From positions 1 through 35,274 of the IMG/VR virus record IMGVR_UViG_3300016265_001251: a stretch of 35,274 nt of DNA; one strand, 5' to 3'. Source of the stretch: a virus. Taxonomy: Duplodnaviria; Caudoviricetes. Position numbers and translations under genes: made by a program. The notes under the pieces are model-generated. The model had not been told where the DNA came from and searched no databases. It saw nothing but the letters and a program-made list of their open reading frames with translations. Positions 18,167-26,090 of the stretch are shown in pieces. Position 1 is the stretch's first letter. The number at the start of each line of letters is the position of its first letter.

Positions 18167-19713
18167 GACGTGTCGGTCTGAATCGCCCTAGATATAATCG
18201 GCGCAATATTGGCTTTGTCATCCGTAACGCTGCCCGCAAAGGTCAACACAAAGGCATCGGCAAGGTCTGGTGACGGCACGCCCCGATCCTCTAGCATCTC
18301 CTCTTTACTTTCCAGCAACAACCGATTGTTCGCATCGTATCGCTTGACTCTAATGCTGCTCAATTCTGCCTGTAACTGGTCGCCATCCTCTTGGCTAAGC
18401 CTAATCGCCACGGGTGTATCTTCCAGCCAGTCCCGCGCCATCCCGTACATTTCCGCCCGCTTGTTATAAAAACGGTCTGGATAGTTTACGTCCCTGCTTC
18501 CAAAGGCAATCCCTTTTACAACGCGCCCTAAGCCCGCCGCAATGCACAAGTCATAAACGCCAACACCTAGCCCGCCTGTGTCGATGTACACCCTAGCAGG
18601 TTCGCGCTCCTTAATCAGGCGTATCAATCGATCTGCCGCCTGGTCAACACGCAATGGCGGGAATGTCATGGCCTCCGCCACGTTGCGCCCCTTCCTGAAC
18701 ACAAGCTTAAAACTGTTTTTGCCCATGCGTGCAGGGTCAACACCAATGATTAAAGGTGGATCTACACCTATTGTTATCGGTTCCTGCTCACGCGCCCGCA
18801 TGACTAGGTTCGCACTGATAAAGGATAAATCGTCGGATTGTTCAAAAGCTTCTTGCGCGTGAAATGGATAGTCCTTTTTGAAGCGGTATTCGTCCCCATG
18901 AAAGTCGGTGATGATCTTCGCCCGCCGCCATGCCAAGTGTTCGCGTGTCAATCCGTCCCGCCCATACAATGCCAACAGTTCGCTTTCTTGCGGGTCTAGT
19001 TCCAGCCCGTCCGCATTGCGTGTGTACTCATTCTGCCAATACCAGGGAACAAATATCATGATGTAGTCACCTATGCCCGATAGCGCCTTTGTGCACGCCC
19101 TGTGAAAGTAGTTATTCTGGCCATTGGCTGTCGATTCTAGGATGATCTCTGTGTTGTCCGCATCGGGCACCGTTTGCAATAGCCCCGCGCTGTGCGCCTC
19201 GCAATTCGGGCTATACGCAACCTCTGACCAATGCACCGCCTGAAATGTCGCGCTTCGCCCTAGGCCTTCCCCCGTTCCCGCTGTTCCCACCTTATAGCCG
19301 CTAAGCAGAGAGGGGAACAGCAGTTCCTTTGCATTGGTTGCCCCAAGCGCGGGCAGAAAGGCGCGGTCTGTCGCCGTTTCGTAATAATTCTTAACCATCG
19401 TGTACAGGTTCTGCGATCCAAAGGAATCGTGCGCGAAAATGAAAGTTAACACGCCCCTATTGGTCACGGTCTTATGGAAAAAACGGGCGCCGATGTAGGT
19501 TGAAACGCCCTGCTGTCGCCCCTTAAGGATGATCGCCCTAACCTTGCCTGTAGCCGCTTTCTGTTCCTCTAGGCGCTTGTGGATGTATTCTTGCGCCCTA
19601 TTCAGGGTAAACGGCACATAAGCGCCGCTGGTTTTATCCTTTGCCTTCAACTGGTGGCGGGCGTAATAGGGCAGGTCATTTATCAGCCGCGCCGCAATTT
19701 GGCATTTTTCCAT
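18151..19713 (-). CDS. terL: Terminase large subunit
   Basis: Walker A LKGRQQGVST, Walker B VHWSE, ESTANG coupling motif, nuclease motifs GVDPA and SPDLADA. Confidence 0.95.
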   Translation of the reverse strand: MEKCQIAARLINDLPYYARHQLKAKDKTSGAYVPFTLNRAQEYIHKRLEEQKAATGKVRAIILKGRQQGVSTYIGARFFHKTVTNRGVLTFIFAHDSFGSQNLYTMVKNYYETATDRAFLPALGATNAKELLFPSLLSGYKVGTAGTGEGLGRSATFQAVHWSEVAYSPNCEAHSAGLLQTVPDADNTEIILESTANGQNNYFHRACTKALSGIGDYIMIFVPWYWQNEYTRNADGLELDPQESELLALYGRDGLTREHLAWRRAKIITDFHGDEYRFKKDYPFHAQEAFEQSDDLSFISANLVMRAREQEPITIGVDPPLIIGVDPARMGKNSFKLVFRKGRNVAEAMTFPPLRVDQAADRLIRLIKEREPARVYIDTGGLGVGVYDLCIAAGLGRVVKGIAFGSRDVNYPDRFYNKRAEMYGMARDWLEDTPVAIRLSQEDGDQLQAELSSIRVKRYDANNRLLLESKEEMLEDRGVPSPDLADAFVLTFAGSVTDDKANIAPIISRAIQTDTSWSPF

Positions 19714-19774
19714 CTGAACATTCCCTTTTTGTAACTTTATTGCTTGCCGCCAGCTGGGCGGTTGTCATAATGTT

Positions 19775-20314
19775 TCAAGATTGCCCCTTTTCCACCGTTT
19801 CAATAGCCCTTATTTGGCTTACAAGATCCTCATATTTGCCGCCAAAGCTCTGCCCGTTGTCATCGTTCATGCCTAGAATCCGCGCCAATTCGGCCAGGCT
19901 CTTTTGCTTGTCGTAAAATTCCAAGGCCAGGCCATGTTCGGTCTTTTTGAAAGCCTTAATCAGTGGCCTAACCTCCTCTGGTATATCCTCCAGGCTTTTG
20001 ATCTCTAGCCCGTGGGTGTTCATTTTTTGCAAAACGTCGGTTGGATTGGCAAAGGCAATCTTTTGGTGCTCCTCCACCACCCGTTGCGCTAGTGATACCT
20101 TATCGCCCGCCATTGCCTTAATTGCCGCTCGTATGGCCGCATCCACATGGGGTTTGTGTCGGTAAATAGCGCCGTGCGTGCGTGCGCTTGTATCAGCTAC
20201 ACCAGGGAATGCGGCGCGATATGCCTTGGCCGCGTCAAATTTGTAGTTATCAACATAAGCCGCGACAAATAGCTCCTCTTTCAGGCTTAGCCCATTGTCT
20301 GATTTTTTCGCCAT
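19775..20314 (-). CDS. terS: Terminase small subunit (starts MAKKSDNG)
   Basis: LSLKEELFVAAY...AAKAYRAA HTH-like start and YDKQKSLAELARILG. Upstream of terL with a G-rich RBS. Confidence 0.85.
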   Translation of the reverse strand: MAKKSDNGLSLKEELFVAAYVDNYKFDAAKAYRAAFPGVADTSARTHGAIYRHKPHVDAAIRAAIKAMAGDKVSLAQRVVEEHQKIAFANPTDVLQKMNTHGLEIKSLEDIPEEVRPLIKAFKKTEHGLALEFYDKQKSLAELARILGMNDDNGQSFGGKYEDLVSQIRAIETVEKGQS

Positions 20315-20391
20315 AATACCCCCCCGCAAGCTGCTGTTTTTAATCGTAAACCAATTTACAACTAAAGACAACCGCTCACAAGGGGGCTTTT

Positions 20392-20580
20392 TTATGGATT
20401 GATCTTGCCAAAACAGTGCAAACAAAACATGCGAAACAGGGCAGGGCGCATCGTATGCATTCCTTTTTCCCATTTCCACCAAGTCATCTTGGAACAGCCA
20501 ACAACACGTGCCGCTTGCTCCTGTGATAGTCCCGCCTTGGCGCGGGCATCCTTTATCTGTTCTGGGGGTACACTATGCAT
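20392..20580 (-). CDS. Small XRE/Cro HTH regulator (Aca-like position)
   Basis: MHSVPPEQIKDARAKAGLSQEQAARVVGCSKMTWWKWEKG, 62 aa. Last gene of the early small-ORF cluster. Confidence 0.8.
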   Translation of the reverse strand: MHSVPPEQIKDARAKAGLSQEQAARVVGCSKMTWWKWEKGMHTMRPALFRMFCLHCFGKINP

Positions 20581-20758
20581 TGCTTGATCCTTTCGGGGTG
20601 GTGATTTGGTCAACAATGGCCAGCTGCTGCAATGTACAGGCTGCATCGTGGCTATGGGGCAACAGTTCGGCTAGTTTTTTCAATAGCTGGTCTATGTTGG
20701 CCTCGATCATAGGCTTTGCTTGCGGCCAGGTAAGGGAATGAATGAATCGATTAGTCAT
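20573..20758 (-). CDS. Hypothetical protein (starts MTNRFIHS)
   Basis: Overlaps both neighbours by 8 nt, consistent with translational coupling. Confidence 0.55.
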   Translation of the reverse strand: MTNRFIHSLTWPQAKPMIEANIDQLLKKLAELLPHSHDAACTLQQLAIVDQITTPKGSSNA

Positions 20759-21146
20759 GGGTGGGTTCTCTCTCAAAGGGTGGTTGGATGTTGTGCATAA
20801 TTTTGGGGGGCAAGCCGATAGGGGGGAATCCTTTAATCCAATAGGCGTTACCCCAACGCGTGCCTTTTATGCTGGCATTGCTAAAGTTCGCGCCTGATAT
20901 ATCTGACCAATTAAAATTGGCGCCTTCCAAATTGGCATTGGTAAAGTTTGTGCCAGCCAGGCACGCCCTAGTCATATCAGCGAGTGCTAGGTTAGCGCCT
21001 GAAAGGTTTTGGCCTATCAGCTTGTGGTGTCGTCCCCTGAATCGATCGCCTGTTAGCCATCTAGCGTGCCGCGCAATAGCTGCCTGCGTGCACAAAATGT
21101 CTTGCATATCTGGTGCATCGGTTGTGTTGATGTATTGCTTGGTCAT
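20751..21146 (-). CDS. Pentapeptide-repeat protein
   Basis: QNLSG ANLAL ADMTR ACLAG TNFTN ANLEG ANFNW SDISG ANFSN repeats. GAGG RBS. Confidence 0.85.
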   Translation of the reverse strand: MTKQYINTTDAPDMQDILCTQAAIARHARWLTGDRFRGRHHKLIGQNLSGANLALADMTRACLAGTNFTNANLEGANFNWSDISGANFSNASIKGTRWGNAYWIKGFPPIGLPPKIMHNIQPPFEREPTHD

Positions 21147-21201
21147 GGTGTCCTCTTGTAGGTTAGTGGGGGGAAAGGCCTAAGCCATCCCCCCCCTTGG
21201 T

Positions 21202-22209
21202 TTATTTACGCATCGGCATCAAAACGGCCAGCAACCCATCGTGCGGGTGGCATGGTAGAGCTGCCCCTATGCAGGGTTCCGCGCAATCCATTGTCCATTC
21301 GCCTTTTGGGATAAACAGTTCTTTAATCCCATTAGCGGCTAGCACCTTTAGATATTGCGCCCCAAAGCCTAGATTTTTGCCTTCATACTCGGCCAGGGCG
21401 GGCAATTCAATTGCGGTATAAATGCTCTTATCCCCCTTTGCTTCACGCAATTTCTGTTGATGCACCAATTCGGCCAGGGTTGGCAAAGTCACGCGCCGTT
21501 GATCCTCTGCTGTTCGATCCAGGAATCCCATCGGTTTTTCAACAACGCGCCGATAGTCGGCGTAATTGAGATCAAAAATTAGCTCGAACATAATCTTAAC
21601 GCCTCCGTGAATCGTTAAAGGTGAACTGACTTCAATCACGGGATAAGGTTCGCCGCCTTGGGGTTTTGATGACGGGAAAGCCTGCCCTTTTGGTAGTCGC
21701 GCAACTTGAATATCGGTTCCCCTAAAGATTTTTAAGGCCATTTTCAAAATATCGTTAGGCACAAAAAACGACTCTTGCAGTTCCCGCTTGTGTTTTTGCA
21801 TTAAAAGCACGTGGCCATTGGTGAAAACCATGTTGGTTTGATCCAAATATATCCCCTCTAGCCAAGGGCGGCTGCCGTTTTGCCCGTGATCCGTGGCTGT
21901 TTTGACAAAGGCGCGGGGCAGGGTGAATGGCTGTTCCAGGCATACGTAGTGATCGGTTCGGTGGTCATCATCGGTATCTTTGATTTTGTCTATATGCCCT
22001 AGCGCCAATTCGGCCAGGCGATAATCGCCCTGTGGCACGCCGCACGCATGGGGGATAACAACCTTGCCAAAGCCAATGATAGGGTTGTTGCCCGCGCCGT
22101 AATTAAAATTGTAAACAAAGCTCCGCCCGTTGGCCGCGATTAGGTCATATCCCTTTTGCCGCGCCATCTGTAGGTTAGCCAAGGTTTTGAGTGTTTGATC
22201 TAGAAACAT
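21202..22209 (-). CDS. DNA polymerase III beta-clamp-like protein (divergent)
   Basis: RPWLEGIYL...FTNGHVL, YADYRRVV, FGAQYL and C-terminal VLMPMR match DnaN domain II/III signatures. The N-terminus is unrelated. Confidence 0.6.
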   Translation of the reverse strand: MFLDQTLKTLANLQMARQKGYDLIAANGRSFVYNFNYGAGNNPIIGFGKVVIPHACGVPQGDYRLAELALGHIDKIKDTDDDHRTDHYVCLEQPFTLPRAFVKTATDHGQNGSRPWLEGIYLDQTNMVFTNGHVLLMQKHKRELQESFFVPNDILKMALKIFRGTDIQVARLPKGQAFPSSKPQGGEPYPVIEVSSPLTIHGGVKIMFELIFDLNYADYRRVVEKPMGFLDRTAEDQRRVTLPTLAELVHQQKLREAKGDKSIYTAIELPALAEYEGKNLGFGAQYLKVLAANGIKELFIPKGEWTMDCAEPCIGAALPCHPHDGLLAVLMPMRK

Positions 22210-22263
22210 GATTTTTTCCTTTGAAAGAGTTTGAGTTTTTGGCTTGCGCCGATTTGGTGGTGA

Positions 22264-22419
22264 TTATCTGCTGTGCATCTGTGCCCCCCTTGTTTGATTG
22301 TATTCTTGGCTTGCCCTAACCTTGCTTTCTGGTATCGCTAAGATTGCAGCAATCAGCATTGCGCCGATCACCAGGCCAAGCATTAGGCATAAGGCAACGT
22401 GTTTTATGATTTTTGCCAT
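22264..22419 (-). CDS. Small single-TM protein (starts MAKIIKHV)
   Basis: 51 aa with one hydrophobic helix. Starts just after the upstream stop. Confidence 0.55.
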   Translation of the reverse strand: MAKIIKHVALCLMLGLVIGAMLIAAILAIPESKVRASQEYNQTRGAQMHSR

Positions 22420-22420
22420 C

Positions 22421-22648
22421 TTACCATTCCCCCCATGTACAAACCGCGCCACAAGAGGTCATGCATTCATGCGGCCGCCGTTCATATTTGGCGTTGAATT
22501 CCTCAATTTTCTTTTTTCTCTCTGCCCAATCCCACCGCACGGGTTCAGCGCCCGCCAACAGTTCGTCACATCTGGGGCATCCCGCGGTCTTGCGGCCAAA
22601 GGCCATCGTGCAGGTGTGTTTGGTGGTGTTTGATTTTTTCCAGGCCAT
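22421..22648 (-). CDS. Small Cys/His-rich (probable Zn-binding) protein
   Basis: HTC...CPRC...HEC...CGAVC. AAAGGA RBS. Confidence 0.7.
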   Translation of the reverse strand: MAWKKSNTTKHTCTMAFGRKTAGCPRCDELLAGAEPVRWDWAERKKKIEEFNAKYERRPHECMTSCGAVCTWGEW

Positions 22649-22672
22649 TGGTTTTTTCCTTTGTGTTGGTGT

Positions 22673-22969
22673 TTAATCTTCAATCTCGAACTCTTCAAAA
22701 ACAAGTTCGCAACCTTCTGCCGTGAAAACTTCAGGGTGGCCGCTGTTTGTGTCGTATGCGGGCATTTCAAAACTTCCGTGCCAGGATCGCTCGTTTGTTT
22801 TCCAGTGGTCATACCAATCAAACTTTACCTCAGTTTCCCAAAGTAAAACCGCTTCATAATCAAGCGGTAAACCTTTTGGCCTCCGCCAATTTTGGCGCAA
22901 GAATTTTTTAAGACTGGCCTTGCCTTTTTTGGATAGGCCTGTTGCACAAAGCCAGGTTTGTTTTTCCAT
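22673..22969 (-). CDS. Hypothetical protein
   Basis: 98 aa, GGAG RBS, acidic C-terminus, preceded by a GCAA hairpin. Confidence 0.7.
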   Translation of the reverse strand: MEKQTWLCATGLSKKGKASLKKFLRQNWRRPKGLPLDYEAVLLWETEVKFDWYDHWKTNERSWHGSFEMPAYDTNSGHPEVFTAEGCELVFEEFEIED

Positions 22970-23026
22970 GGTGATTCTCCGATTGTTGGTTGTTGTTGAG
23001 GGGGCAGGTTGCCCCGCCCCCTGTTG

Positions 23027-23233
23027 TTAATTCATAGGATCGTAGTCTAACGCCCTAATCCGTTCATTGGCTGGCCAACTATCGGCCATCTCTGGCAAGT
23101 GTTGATTGTTTACATGGTTGGCGTATTTGTACAGGCGGATGGCATCACCAATGCTTTTTAAGCCTTCGGATAGTGAAGCGTTTTGGTGGTCGTACCATGC
23201 AACGATTGCGCGGATTTTTTCAATGTTGTTCAT
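23027..23233 (-). CDS. Hypothetical protein
   Basis: 68 aa, AAAGGA RBS. First gene after the promoter at about 23289-23317. Confidence 0.7.
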   Translation of the reverse strand: MNNIEKIRAIVAWYDHQNASLSEGLKSIGDAIRLYKYANHVNNQHLPEMADSWPANERIRALDYDPMN

Positions 23234-23259
23234 GATTTTTTCCTTTGTTGGGTGTGATA

Positions 23260-23317
23260 AGAGAGAGGGTTGCCCCCCCCTCTATATCCTTATCGCATAT
23301 TATGCTTGGTGTGTCAA
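23260..23317 (-). promoter_or_regulatory. Early promoter plus leader hairpin (module copy 2)
   Basis: A-rich UP element, TTGACA-17-GATAAG, spacer palindrome GCATA-N-TATGC, then AGAGGGGGGG-GCAA-CCCTCTCTCT hairpin. Confidence 0.7.
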
Positions 23318-24193
23318 CAATAAAGTTTTATTTTTTTTTAATTCGTTCACATACTCTGCCGCCTTGGTAGCCGCGCTGGCCGCTTTGACTATAAAGCGCT
23401 TGTCTTTTTTAAGGGCGGCAAGCCAGCTAGACACATAGGTGGCATGATCAGCGCGGGGCTGTTCCGTTACTTGCCACTTGCTGCATAGGAACGCCGATCC
23501 CAATTCTGCTATCAATTCCTCAAATGCACGATCAGCAACGGTTAATTTGGCCGTGCCGCCTTTTTTGTCAAAGCGGCCAAGGCGGCTGTGGTGGCCTGTC
23601 CAATGGGTTAATTCGTGCAGCAGCACCGCGTAGTAATCTTCCTTTGAAAAGAAAGCCTCAAAGTTTGGCATGGTGATTTTATCGTTTAATTCACTATAGA
23701 ACGCTGCCCCGCCCCTGTGTTCAATAGCCGCGCCCGTTCCTGCAATCAGGGCATCCAATCTTGCATCCCGCACATCGGGGTTTACATCTTCAGGGGTTGG
23801 CATTGCCATCACATCGGCGGCCAGGCCGTCCGCTTGTTGGGCGTTGAAGACTTGGTAAGCACGCAAGCAATGGTAGTGGTTGATCGTCACGTTGCCATCA
23901 TCATCTATCTTGTCTTTTGACACGGGCTTAGAATAAACAACTGTGGTTGCCTTCTCACCCTTGCGGATCCTGCCGCCAAGGTCGATAACTTGCTTAAATG
24001 TTAACCAACGCGGGGATTCATAGCCCGCTTTGCTGGATTCCCACCAAAGGTTTAATATGTTCACCCCCTGATAGGCTTGTCCCGTTGAGCGGATCGGCAT
24101 AGGCTGGCCGCGCCAGCATTTTTTCCAATCGGCGGGTGATTCTGTTATCGCCGCAATGATTGATTCTGTGATTTTTTCGTAAACACTTAGCAT
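23300..24193 (-). CDS. ardC: ArdC-family antirestriction / ssDNA-binding protein with zincin-like domain
   Basis: YQGVNILNLW, WLTFKQ..LGGRIRKGEK, VFNAQQ, HELTHWTGH and EELIAELGSAFL. True start MLSVYEK at 24193 with GGAG RBS. Confidence 0.92.
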   Translation of the reverse strand: MLSVYEKITESIIAAITESPADWKKCWRGQPMPIRSTGQAYQGVNILNLWWESSKAGYESPRWLTFKQVIDLGGRIRKGEKATTVVYSKPVSKDKIDDDGNVTINHYHCLRAYQVFNAQQADGLAADVMAMPTPEDVNPDVRDARLDALIAGTGAAIEHRGGAAFYSELNDKITMPNFEAFFSKEDYYAVLLHELTHWTGHHSRLGRFDKKGGTAKLTVADRAFEELIAELGSAFLCSKWQVTEQPRADHATYVSSWLAALKKDKRFIVKAASAATKAAEYVNELKKNKTLLLTHQA

Positions 24194-24219
24194 TTTTGTT
24201 ACTCCGTTAGGTTTTGATA

Positions 24220-24273
24220 GAGGGGTTGCATCCCTCACCTATACTTATTGCATACCGCGCGGGTAGCTGTCAA
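24220..24273 (-). promoter_or_regulatory. Early promoter plus leader hairpin (module copy 1)
   Basis: A-rich UP element, TTGACA-18-AATAAG with TATGC just upstream of the -10, then GAGGG-ATGCAAC-CCCTC. Confidence 0.7.
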
Positions 24274-24319
24274 CAAAAATGTTGCAAAATTTTTTTTCAT
24301 TTTTTTTTCATTTTTCCTA

Positions 24320-24348
24320 TTGACCTGCCCCTGAAAGTATGCAATAGT
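24320..24348 (+). promoter_or_regulatory. Divergent rightward promoter-like element facing non-coding DNA
   Basis: TTGACC-17-AATAGT with the same GTATGCAATA motif as the ardC promoter, inverted. Confidence 0.5.
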
Positions 24349-24456
24349 TATATTATAAGGACGTTATAAACCGCTATTCTAAAGGCCAGGCCGCCGCTAC
24401 CCGCTCCGCGTGTGTGTGCGCCCGCGCCCGCCCGCGCCCGCGCGTGTGTGCGTGCG

Positions 24457-24505
24457 ATTAACGTCTATCCAGTTAATGTGACGCAATTAACGTCTATCCA
24501 GTTAA
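24457..24505. repeat. Two copies of 20-bp ATTAACGTCTATCCAGTTAA
   Basis: Exact copies at 24457-24476 and 24486-24505. Each is internally TTAAC-N9-GTTAA. Confidence 0.95.
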
Positions 24506-24511
24506 GGGGGC

Positions 24512-24546
24512 GGGAGGGGGGATAAAACGGAGAAAACCCCCCTCCC
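24512..24546. repeat. 10-bp inverted repeat GGGAGGGGGG / CCCCCCTCCC
   Basis: Perfect stem with a 15-nt A-rich loop. Confidence 0.85.
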
Positions 24547-24571
24547 TATCCTTAGGGCAGTCAGTGATCCA

Positions 24572-24613
24572 AAATTGCACAAAAAACCACCGAAATTGCA
24601 CAAAAAACCACCG
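24572..24613. repeat. Tandem 21-bp repeat AAATTGCACAAAAAACCACCG x2
   Basis: Exact adjacent copies, flanked by CTTAGGG...CCCTAAG. Confidence 0.95.
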
Positions 24614-24656
24614 ACCGTGCAACCCCTAAGACTTTTACACCAAGGTTATGAATAAA

Positions 24657-25205
24657 TTACCTTGCTGTGAACTCGTAAATCTTTTTTGTTTTTCCTGATT
24701 TTTTATCTGTAAAAATCTTTATAAGTTGATGTTCTTCCAATTCATTTATCAACTTTCCCATAACTGGGGGTGATACGTTAAAATGCGGGCAATCTTCTTT
24801 AATTTTTTCTTTAATTGTCAACCAATCTGCACCTCCTCCCGTTTCCATTTTAATATCTGCCAGTACGGCCAAAATTTTTCTGGCTTGTGGGGTGGGTGTG
24901 TCAAGAATGTGACTTATATCGTTATCATCATTATCTGCATTTTGATGCTCGATTTGCGTGATTTCAGAGGGAATGTCATCGCCTTCTACATGATACTTAA
25001 TGCCTTGTGTTTCCGCAATTTGACGCGCCCGCTTTTGCATTATCAGATCGATGGTGTGATCCAGCAAATTTTCTAACCGTCCAATTGGCACGGAAAAATC
25101 GTCATGGCTTTGCTTAGCGTCATCTGATGCTATAACCCACAAAAGGCTTTGCGCCCATGTCAAAATCTGATCGTCAGTTTTTAGATCGTGATAAAATTTA
25201 CCCAT
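24657..25205 (-). CDS. Protein with C-terminal winged-helix DNA-binding domain
   Basis: VSPPVMGKLINELEEHQLIKIF...KKIYEFT, a MarR-like wHTH pattern. Confidence 0.6.
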   Translation of the reverse strand: MGKFYHDLKTDDQILTWAQSLLWVIASDDAKQSHDDFSVPIGRLENLLDHTIDLIMQKRARQIAETQGIKYHVEGDDIPSEITQIEHQNADNDDNDISHILDTPTPQARKILAVLADIKMETGGGADWLTIKEKIKEDCPHFNVSPPVMGKLINELEEHQLIKIFTDKKSGKTKKIYEFTAR

Positions 25206-25208
25206 TTT

Positions 25209-26060
25209 TTACTCCAGTCCTAGTGTTTCAGAGATTTTAAGATTGTTGGTATTGGTATAGGCGGTTGCCGTGCCATCTTCAAGAACAACCTCTTGCGTTC
25301 CCGCAGTTGTTGGAATGATGTAAGCCGAGTTGCCCGTCCGTTCATGGTGACTTTCTATCGCAGCCGCACGTTGGATATTTGTTGGAAGTTGGGGGGCAAG
25401 GTGACGGATTGCGGTTTTCATGTACATTGCAGCAGGGTTATCTATCCAAGGCGTTGGCTTGCTTGGGTCTTTCTTGTGCAGCTTCCAAGATGCACTACAT
25501 TCCCGCGCTTGCGCTATGTCATCCATGCTTAACACCTTAAAAATGCTCGCCCCTTCTGTATTTTTGGCAATGGCATAAGCCCCGACTATCTCTCCACGGT
25601 TGCCCGAAAATGGGTCTTTTGGAATGTGGCGCAGAAAGGCTTTTGATCCGTATTCAAAAGTCACTTCATCGCCCGCCCTTACCACGTTTCCTTCCACCAC
25701 AAAACCAGCATTTTTGGCAAGCGTGATGTACCCCTTGTAGCCAGGTATAAATTGCGCCATGTACCCACCGCGACCGTAAAAAGGCAGGATATAGGCCAGG
25801 CCTATTTTGGAATCTACTTCCAGCCCAAGCACCGCCGCAGTCATGACAGCCCGAAACAGGCTATCACGGTTGCATTCTACCAGCTTAGGAATGTCTTGGC
25901 ACGCCGTCAGCGCATACCTAATCATGGCCTCTGGTTTAATATGTGGGGGCAATACCGCAGCCAAAGCAGGGGCAAACCTGTTTAGCTGGGGCGACAATTC
26001 AGCGTGAATGCGGTTCACGACCTGTCTGTCAGATGGTGCAGATGCAAAGTTTTGGGTCAT
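25209..26060 (-). CDS. recT: RecT-family ssDNA annealing recombinase
   Basis: AAVLGLE...AYILPF...FIPGYKGYITLA, GAYAIA, PW..NPAAMYMKTAIR. Confidence 0.93.
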   Translation of the reverse strand: MTQNFASAPSDRQVVNRIHAELSPQLNRFAPALAAVLPPHIKPEAMIRYALTACQDIPKLVECNRDSLFRAVMTAAVLGLEVDSKIGLAYILPFYGRGGYMAQFIPGYKGYITLAKNAGFVVEGNVVRAGDEVTFEYGSKAFLRHIPKDPFSGNRGEIVGAYAIAKNTEGASIFKVLSMDDIAQARECSASWKLHKKDPSKPTPWIDNPAAMYMKTAIRHLAPQLPTNIQRAAAIESHHERTGNSAYIIPTTAGTQEVVLEDGTATAYTNTNNLKISETLGLE

Positions 26061-26090
26061 TGGTTTCTCCGTTGTTGCCTTGCAAAGTTA

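Noticed and set aside
19676-19768. Mini-ORF MTTAQLAASNK... between terS and terL as a frameshifted terL N-terminus
   Set aside because: It is out of frame by +1, has no canonical slippery site, and terL has a plausible start of its own at 19713.
1757-19916. Numerous plus-strand ORFs across the structural region
   Set aside because: They are antisense to a contiguous, tightly coupled minus-strand operon and have no recognisable motifs.
20368-20395. Intrinsic terminator after the HTH gene
   Set aside because: The stem is weak and mismatched, and the T-run is on the plus strand, so it cannot be supported for the coding direction.
24400-24615. Mini CRISPR array or solitary CRISPR repeat (Racr)
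   Set aside because: Repeats occur only twice with 9-nt or no spacers, there are no cas genes, and the resemblance of the CG-rich tract to type I-C repeats is too vague.
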